Shown: in pieces, positions 57,401 to 64,000 of the stretch | Layout of the letters: every line of letters begins with the position of its first letter | How positions within the stretch are numbered: position 1 is the stretch's first letter | Source: Armatimonadota bacterium | Lineage (GTDB): Bacteria; Armatimonadota; UBA5829; DTJY01 | Length of the DNA stretch: 64,000 bases | Reading direction: 5' to 3' | Assembly: GCA_035528905.1 (NCBI GenBank) | Contig: DATKXU010000082.1 | Span: 57,838 to 121,837 of the forward strand | The notes under the pieces: model-generated | Told to the model about the DNA's origin: nothing | Database searches by the model: none | What the model saw: only the letters and a program-made list of their open reading frames with translations | Translations under genes and position numbers: made by a program

Positions 57401-57955
57401 GTGCACATCCTCCTCGCTTGCCGCCTCGGGCGAGAGGCTGACAAACCCCGTATTCTCACCTCTCATCCGGCAGATCACGTTGAAGCCCATGACCTGTCCC
57501 GGCGACGGCGGGCCGCCCATCTCCTTCCACGGCATGGCAAGCTCTACGATGTAGCCGATGTCCCGGTCATACGACCTGTTCACCGTGCCTTGGACTCTTC
57601 TGGCGCATTTGAAGGTGAAGATCTTCTTGGGCTTGGGCGATCCGTTCTCGCCGACTACGAAGCTGGAACCGCCTCCTGCACTGACTGACATTTGGAAAGT
57701 ACTCGGCGTGCGATTAGGCGCACGCTGGTTGTCCGTCTCCAGAAACACCTCAACGCAGTCATCTTCCCACGGGTTCGACATGTGGGTAGTGTTGGTGCTC
57801 ACCACGTCGGGATCCTGGACCTCGAATGCCGCGTAGAAAAAGGAGTCATCCCATATGGTGTAGCAAGTCACTTTGTCTGCGGCACGAGCAGGCAAGCAGA
57901 ACATGAGGGCAAGCAGGAGGAATAGACACGTGAATATGCGCAAATTCTGCATCAT
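54467..57955 (-). CDS. Large secreted multidomain glycan-active protein (N-terminal CBM9-like domain, GH99-like central domain, repeated Ig-like domains)
   Basis: Signal peptide; CBM9 signature (TIWDDSFFYAAFEVQDPDVV...WEDDCVEVFLETD); central DGWNELHEGSD resembles the GH99/GH71 NEWHEG motif; three ~100-aa repeats (..KNAGTRPW.., ..RNDGAATWK.., ..ENAGADVWT..). Confidence 0.55.
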   Translation of the reverse strand: MMQNLRIFTCLFLLLALMFCLPARAADKVTCYTIWDDSFFYAAFEVQDPDVVSTNTTHMSNPWEDDCVEVFLETDNQRAPNRTPSTFQMSVSAGGGSSFVVGENGSPKPKKIFTFKCARRVQGTVNRSYDRDIGYIVELAMPWKEMGGPPSPGQVMGFNVICRMRGENTGFVSLSPEAASEEDVHVPAKWGTVKFVDTPTIIARQDSAIVCRKVTRRAPLVDGNLGPGEWIRDMRFQVTKPEPPGVVSGKRLMIEKLALTHYFYWYQADERREAPFSHVRDMDGHSELTDHPLEGVGPWFSHDRMQWHKDQLTNISNAGIDVVIPVYWGAAATKKQFASKGLNCMVQALKELKAEGKSYPLVAMFNDTSGMWVQYGGTPDLKDAEVKETFYGMIKDFFLQVPDEFRAAVQLPLERGGQPAYIVVLYTASRFSDLDAGFVEYCGERFAKDFDGSKLIWIGHSDFRPKAAVMDGYSNYGAGLGLQFDETGWIRIAGVGAGYEDSAVRLGTPMRSRVGGDTYKKDWDALIEKAPDWVIVDGWNELHEGSDICPSSEYGNQYVSLTKINMLRFNGMRAYDAKFLKHNTPSVMPPGALYQVTLAVKNAGTRPWYPGLQGVFLAGRWFKDGTLFADSGARLPLQETVLAGHVLEKTIGIRSADQDGKPLPEGDYELRWELVRSRDEWFSNGGDVPLCVPVKIGTAPAVGFSLVGSTLPTLVKSGGAYDVSVKLRNDGAATWKAGDLKLGYRWRKASVHLSKDSEDSVESLPGCAGTADLAADLEPGRAIELTVPVKVASQDGAPIPVWTQNDLWTYVLSWEMVQADGQCVPVRFGQEAVKVLADDYGPRFVANDSPGEMPAGRQCKVSLTIENAGADVWTKAEFSVGYHWYYLDGIEAIWDGAKTRLPTDVRPGERVIVKASVTPPPYDGQYYLVWDLAHGDKWVSTSANTRGGDILVVPVKVTNGKLAVQDLTQLFDSDVVSFDANRADGDADGAGLSLAAEFIPPQVTAVAAPDKLWPCGLWTSAQGAGLESSRRISFRYPSKADGAKNAVSCKGQSVVLKPGRYAAVHVLALATQDTTGEFALTYNGSKAASTVQFSAWNEAPKHGEHPAFVCLHRHSPDADQRGQACYLNHYVLSVDSKAELTSLSLPNNPAIKVMAITVEKAE

Positions 57956-58082
57956 TGCGACATCCTTTCAAGAGCGGTGGGTAGAAGAATAAAGGAATGG
58001 GAGAAAGGCAGTGGGAGAGAAAAAGTTGCAGAGATGTCCCATTCCCCCATTGCGCAAGTCTCCATTTCCAAAATACCTTACG

Positions 58083-59240
58083 TCAGCGGCTAATCTTTTG
58101 CACGAACCTTGCCATGCGCTCCATCGCCTGCTGGATGTTCTGCAGGTTGGTCGCATAGGAGCAGCGGATATATCCCTCACCGCACTTGCCGAACACATTG
58201 CCCGGCACGACCGCGACCTTTTCCTCATACAGCAGGCGTTCGGAAAACTCATCCGAGGACAGGCTGGTGCTCTTTATGCAGGGGAACGCGTAGAATGCGC
58301 CCTTTGGGTCTAAGCAGTCCAGCCCCATCTTGTTCAGGCTGGCTACAATCAGGCGCCGTCTGCGGTCGTACTGCCGGAGCATTTCCGCCGTATCGCCTTC
58401 TCCGTTCTTCAGTGCCTCTATCGCAGCCATCTGGGCGGTGATCGGAGCGCACATGATTATGTACTGATGGATCTTCATCATGGCCTCGATCACCTCGGGG
58501 TTGGAAGCCGCATACCCTATGCGCCACCCGGTCATCGCGAAGGCTTTCGAAAAACCATTGAGGTATATCGTTCGCTCATAGGCACCATCCAGGGAAGCAA
58601 CGCAGGTATGCTCGACGCCGTAGATGAGCTTGTCGTAGATTTCGTCGCTTATGATGTACAGATCGTGGGCTTTAGCGATGTCCACCAGCGCCTGCAAATC
58701 GTCCCTGGGCATTATTGCCCCGGTCGGGTTGCTCGGAAAGCTGAGCATGATCGCCCTGGTCTTCGGAGTCACTGCGCGGTCTATCTGCTCGGGCTTAGGG
58801 GCAAATCCGGTCTCAGGGCCGGTGCTGACAGACACGGGCACGCCGCCCGCGAACACCACGCAGGGCTGGTACGCGACGAAACAGGGCTCGGGAATGATGA
58901 CTTCCTCGCCCGGCTCGAGGATCGCCCGCAGAGCGAGGTCTACCGCCTCGCTCACTCCCACGGTTATCAGGATTTGATTCTTCGGATCGTACCTTACACC
59001 GTACTTGTCCTCGATGTAGGCCGACAGCGCCTCGCGGAGTTCGAGCAGCCCGTAGTTGGACGTATAGGTGGTGTATCCCTTTTCGAGGGAATAGATGCAC
59101 GCCTCGCGGATGCGCCAGGGCGTGACGAAGTCCGGCTCTCCCACGCCGAGAGAGATCACGTCCTCCATCTGCGAGACGATATCGAAGAACTTCCGAATGC
59201 CGGAAGCCGGAACCGATTTGACTCTGCTTGAAATATGCAT
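58083..59240 (-). CDS. PLP-dependent aminotransferase, class I/II (aspartate aminotransferase-like)
   Basis: GIRKFFD N-terminal motif; PLP Lys region SKAFAMTGWRIGY. Start set at MHISSRVK (59240). Confidence 0.88.
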   Translation of the reverse strand: MHISSRVKSVPASGIRKFFDIVSQMEDVISLGVGEPDFVTPWRIREACIYSLEKGYTTYTSNYGLLELREALSAYIEDKYGVRYDPKNQILITVGVSEAVDLALRAILEPGEEVIIPEPCFVAYQPCVVFAGGVPVSVSTGPETGFAPKPEQIDRAVTPKTRAIMLSFPSNPTGAIMPRDDLQALVDIAKAHDLYIISDEIYDKLIYGVEHTCVASLDGAYERTIYLNGFSKAFAMTGWRIGYAASNPEVIEAMMKIHQYIIMCAPITAQMAAIEALKNGEGDTAEMLRQYDRRRRLIVASLNKMGLDCLDPKGAFYAFPCIKSTSLSSDEFSERLLYEEKVAVVPGNVFGKCGEGYIRCSYATNLQNIQQAMERMARFVQKISR

Positions 59241-59302
59241 CGTTGTCCTACACGGTGCGTGATACATGAAGGAACTGCTGCCCTCGCGCATTACGGACTG
59301 CC

Positions 59303-59782
59303 CTATGGCGTGATGGCGAGGCGCCTGTCGCCCTCCGGAGCCTCGAAGATGACCCCGTCCTCCTTGTATCTCTTCAGCAGGAAGTGTGTATTGGTTGACT
59401 GAACGCGGTCAATCGTGGCCAGCTTCTCTGCCACGAAGAACGCTACCTCCTTCATGGACTTGCCGCTGACCTGAACGCGCAAATCGTGCGGACCCGACAC
59501 AAGATACACCGCCCGAACCTCAGGGAAGCGGTATATGCGCTCGGCCACATCATCGAACCCAACCCCGCGTTCCGGGGAGACTCTGACATCAATGAAGGCA
59601 ATAACCGGCTCCTCCCCCAGTTTTTCCCAATCTATGACCGTCTTGTAGCGCCGGATGATCCCCTTCCGCTCATATTCCTCAATGGTTGCTTTTACCTCAT
59701 CCGGTGACTTACCAGTCATGGATGCGATTTCTTCGGCGCTCAGACGGCAGTCTTCCTCCAGGATTCTCAGTATCTCTTCCAT
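59303..59782 (-). CDS. Lrp/AsnC-family transcriptional regulator
   Basis: N-terminal HTH (ILRILEEDCRLSAEEIASMTGKS) plus RAM domain; typical pairing with the adjacent aminotransferase. Confidence 0.9.
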   Translation of the reverse strand: MEEILRILEEDCRLSAEEIASMTGKSPDEVKATIEEYERKGIIRRYKTVIDWEKLGEEPVIAFIDVRVSPERGVGFDDVAERIYRFPEVRAVYLVSGPHDLRVQVSGKSMKEVAFFVAEKLATIDRVQSTNTHFLLKRYKEDGVIFEAPEGDRRLAITP

Positions 59783-59902
59783 ACAGATAGTCCTTCCTGC
59801 ATTGGGGATTTGCAGCTTGACTATAGCATCGAAGGGTCATCATTGTCAACGTCAACCCGGCCAGGATCGGCTCAGCAGGAGCTTCGCCCTCCCGTGGCTG
59901 AA

Positions 59903-60904
59903 TTACTTGCCGCCGCGAGTGAGCTGATCGAGGATGACGGCGGCGAGGATGACAAAGCCCTTCGCCACCATCTGGTAGAACGCGGAGACGTCGAGCAGAC
60001 TCAGCCCGTTGTCCAGAACGCCGATCACCAGGGCGCCGATGAGCGTCCCCAGAACAGTTCCCCTGCCGCCCATCAGGCTTGTGCCGCCGAGGACAACCGC
60101 CGCGATGGCGCTCAGCTCGAACATAATCCCCGATTTCGGATCGCCGGAAGCGAGCCGCGTCGCCAGGAGCATTCCGCTCAGCCCGGAGAGCATCCCGCAG
60201 AGTGTGTACACCTGAAGCTTCACGCGATTTACACTCACACCAGAGAGCCGCGCCGCCTCTTCGTTCCCGCCGATAGCGTAGACGTGCCTGCCGAAGTTCG
60301 TGCGCGAGAGGATGACATAGCCGACCGCTACTATGAGCAGCGCGATCAATACCAGCGACGGGATGTGCAGAAATGGGACATCTGACGCGCCGAGATCGCC
60401 AACTTCGGGCGGCAGCGGGCTTACGGGCCTCCCGTCCGTGTAGACGTAGGCCAAGCCTCTGGCAATGGTCATCACCGCGAGGGTGGCTACGAACGGAGCC
60501 ACGCGAAACCGTGTGACCACCAGACCACTGAATGCGCCACAACCGCTTCCTATCACACCTGCGACCACGGCCGACAGCGGAATCGCCAGCAGCATCGGGA
60601 GCTGTGGTATCAGCGGCAGGGAACCAATCGAGAAACCATCCCTCAGGAACGTCATGGAAATGACGCCTGCCAGGGCCAGCACGGATCCCACGGAGAGATC
60701 AATGCCTGCCGTAATGATGACAAAGGTGAGTCCGACGGCGAGGATCGTGTTTATGGCTATCTGGCGGGAAACGTTCGCAATGTTCTCGGGCGTGATGAAA
60801 ACGTGCTTCGGCGTCTTCCAGGTGAAATAGGCGCAGAGCAGCACGAGGAAGATGACGATCCCGTACTGGGATACGTTCCTGAGGACACTGTTCGGCTTAC
60901 CCAC
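59903..60904 (-). CDS. Sugar ABC transporter permease (RbsC-like)
   Basis: 10-TM ABC-2-type permease with the conserved EAA-like loop region; 333 aa. Confidence 0.88.
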   Translation of the reverse strand: MGKPNSVLRNVSQYGIVIFLVLLCAYFTWKTPKHVFITPENIANVSRQIAINTILAVGLTFVIITAGIDLSVGSVLALAGVISMTFLRDGFSIGSLPLIPQLPMLLAIPLSAVVAGVIGSGCGAFSGLVVTRFRVAPFVATLAVMTIARGLAYVYTDGRPVSPLPPEVGDLGASDVPFLHIPSLVLIALLIVAVGYVILSRTNFGRHVYAIGGNEEAARLSGVSVNRVKLQVYTLCGMLSGLSGMLLATRLASGDPKSGIMFELSAIAAVVLGGTSLMGGRGTVLGTLIGALVIGVLDNGLSLLDVSAFYQMVAKGFVILAAVILDQLTRGGK

Positions 60905-60907
60905 GAA

Positions 60908-62410
<1,503 letters not shown>

Positions 62411-62548
62411 TCTTCTTTCCTCGTACTCGTGCTTACCAGTCAGTTATCAGCTGTCAGCTAAAAACTGCCCTCACCGACATGACTCCGAACACTCTTGATA
62501 CCGGATTCACGAGTGAGAGTAGGATTCATAAGTAGGAATCCCCGCGTC

Positions 62549-63496
62549 TCACTTTGTCTCCGCCTCGAGGGAGGCCTTATCGATTATGCCGACCTCGACG
62601 GGCACCTTCTTCGGGACCTGTTCACCGTTAAGGTACTTCACTACCATCTCGATCATCGTCGAGCCGATCTCGCGCGGGTACTGGACTGCATCCGCCTTGA
62701 GAGGGGTCCCCTTCAGGATCTCCTCCCTGGCTTCGGGATCGCCGTCATAGCCTACGATGACGACGTCCTTCCTCTTCGACTGCCGAAGTGCTGCGAGCGC
62801 CCCGAGAGATGTGCTGTCGTTGATTGCGAAGACGCCGCTTATGTCCGGGTGCGACTGGAGCATGTTCTCCATGACGCTCATGGAGGTCGTCCGCTCGCCG
62901 TCTCCCGGCGGCCTGGCCACTATCTTAATGCCTGGGTACTTGGAAATCGCCTCCACAAACCCCTTGGTTCGGTCAACCACGCTCATGACCTTCGGATGGT
63001 CAATAATGATGATTTTGCCTTTGCCTTTCAGCAGCTTGGCCATGTACTCGCCGGCGACGCGGCCGCCTTCAACGTTATCCGATGCAACATGGCAGACCAC
63101 ATCCCCGCTGTTCGCGGCGATATCCGCAGTGAAAACGGGAATGCCCGCCTTGTTTGCACGCGTGATAGCCCCGCCGATGGTGTCTGAATCAACCGGGCAG
63201 ACCACGAGCGCATCCACATGCTGGGTTATGAAGTTCTCGATCTGCGACTGCTGCTTCTCCATCTCAAACTGCGCGGACTGGATGTTGAGCTTGACATTGT
63301 GCTCGGCGGCGGTCTCCCTCATCGCAGCTTCCAGCTCCTGGTAGAAGGGATGCTCCTTGGTCAGAAGCGTCACGCCGACCGTGTAAGCCTTCCCGCCACC
63401 CTTAGCGCCAAGCTGCTTCTTCCCACACGAAGCTATTCCGACAGCCAGCGCAACACTCATCACCACAACGATTGCATAAAATGATCTCCTCTTCAA
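62549..63496 (-). CDS. Sugar ABC transporter substrate-binding lipoprotein (RbsB-like periplasmic binding protein)
   Basis: Signal peptide with lipobox (GIASCG); type I periplasmic binding fold. Confidence 0.85.
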   Translation of the reverse strand: MKRRSFYAIVVVMSVALAVGIASCGKKQLGAKGGGKAYTVGVTLLTKEHPFYQELEAAMRETAAEHNVKLNIQSAQFEMEKQQSQIENFITQHVDALVVCPVDSDTIGGAITRANKAGIPVFTADIAANSGDVVCHVASDNVEGGRVAGEYMAKLLKGKGKIIIIDHPKVMSVVDRTKGFVEAISKYPGIKIVARPPGDGERTTSMSVMENMLQSHPDISGVFAINDSTSLGALAALRQSKRKDVVIVGYDGDPEAREEILKGTPLKADAVQYPREIGSTMIEMVVKYLNGEQVPKKVPVEVGIIDKASLEAETK

Positions 63497-63556
63497 ATGA
63501 CTGCCCCCTCTCTATCCGAAATCCTCTACGCCTCCAGAACATGACCGGTTCCGGCC

Positions 63557-64000
63557 CTACTTCGGCTGCTCCTGACCGGCATCCGCGCCTGGCACCAGAG
63601 GAGCCGCCCCTGCGTCCGGCGCGGCCTTCTCTCCACCCTCCGAACCAGGCGGAGGCGGCACCCTGCCCTCCAACCGATCAATGGTTTGCTTTATGAACGG
63701 ATTGTCCGGGTACTTCTCAAGAAGCTTCTTAAGTATCTCCAGAGCTTTCCCCTTTTCTCCCTTTCTTTCGTAAACCGCTGCCACTCTGAACTGAAGGAAC
63801 GTGTCATCGGGTTTGGCCTTCACAGCAACCTCATACTCAGCCAGCGCATCGTCGAGTCTATCAATCCCTTCCAGATAGTGGGCAAGGGAGACCCTCGCCG
63901 CCGTGTCATCGGGATTCTTCTCAAGCATGCCCCGGAGGAACTTGATGGCCTCGTCGTGCTTTCCGGCATTCCGGTAGACTTCAATCAATGCCTGCTTTGT
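63557..64000 (-). CDS. Tetratricopeptide-repeat protein, C-terminal part; 5' end outside the window
   Basis: TPR-like helical repeats (AxxYLEGxxRLDDALAEYEVAVKAKPDD...); reading frame stays open to the window edge. Confidence 0.6.
   Translation of the reverse strand, partial: TKQALIEVYRNAGKHDEAIKFLRGMLEKNPDDTAARVSLAHYLEGIDRLDDALAEYEVAVKAKPDDTFLQFRVAAVYERKGEKGKALEILKKLLEKYPDNPFIKQTIDRLEGRVPPPPGSEGGEKAAPDAGAAPLVPGADAGQEQPK

Noticed and set aside
54438-57955. Search for an encapsulin shell gene adjacent to the EncFtn-like gene, including antisense frames
   Set aside because: No ORF with HK97-fold encapsulin-like sequence is present. Downstream is a convergent CBM9/GH-like gene and upstream an M48 peptidase, so the shell is not in this window.

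Overview
High-GC (~62-65%) bacterial chromosomal segment with tightly packed genes, mostly on the minus strand. Core content: (i) a complete, canonically ordered dcw (division and cell wall) cluster on the minus strand from 24.3 kb down to 5.0 kb, mraZ-rsmH-ftsL-ftsI-murE-murF-mraY-murD-ftsW-murG-murC-murB-ddl-ftsQ-DUF881-sbp-ftsA-ftsZ, followed by a radical SAM gene; (ii) accD/accA and a K+-independent H+-pyrophosphatase; (iii) a second division-associated cluster, yggS-sepF-proC-yggT-CPBP-...-yggU; (iv) cdsA, proS, an aminotransferase with an Lrp regulator, and a ribose-type ABC transporter; (v) secreted or surface proteins: three PEP-CTERM proteins, two prepilin-like DUF1559 (H-X9-DG) proteins, a heparinase II/III-like lyase, and a 1162-aa protein with an N-terminal CBM9-like domain and a GH99-like central domain. 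The accessory part is a small lower-GC (~50%) islet at 30.2-32.3 kb, just after the hppA terminator. It encodes a TIR-domain protein (catalytic Glu present) fused to an uncharacterised ~200-aa helical domain, plus an overlapping MntA/HepT (nucleotidyltransferase/HEPN) toxin-antitoxin pair. Converging on the islet is a frameshifted M.TaqI-like N6-adenine methyltransferase-TRD gene; its frame is broken at a G5 tract beside a 16-bp tandem duplication, and it also carries a ~100-bp dispersed repeat. A second copy of that repeat lies 14 kb away in the leader of a DUF1559 gene. Other points of interest: an EncFtn-like ferritin with an apparent C-terminal encapsulin cargo-loading peptide (LTVGSLIG) but no shell gene in the window; a 19-bp perfect inverted repeat just downstream of ftsZ; near-consensus sigma70 promoters upstream of hppA and mraZ; and a family of G-rich ATGGGAG/GGAGT micro-repeats at four loci. 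No rRNA, tRNA or CRISPR array was recognised. All calls rest on reading the six-frame translations and the DNA by eye; no database searches were run.
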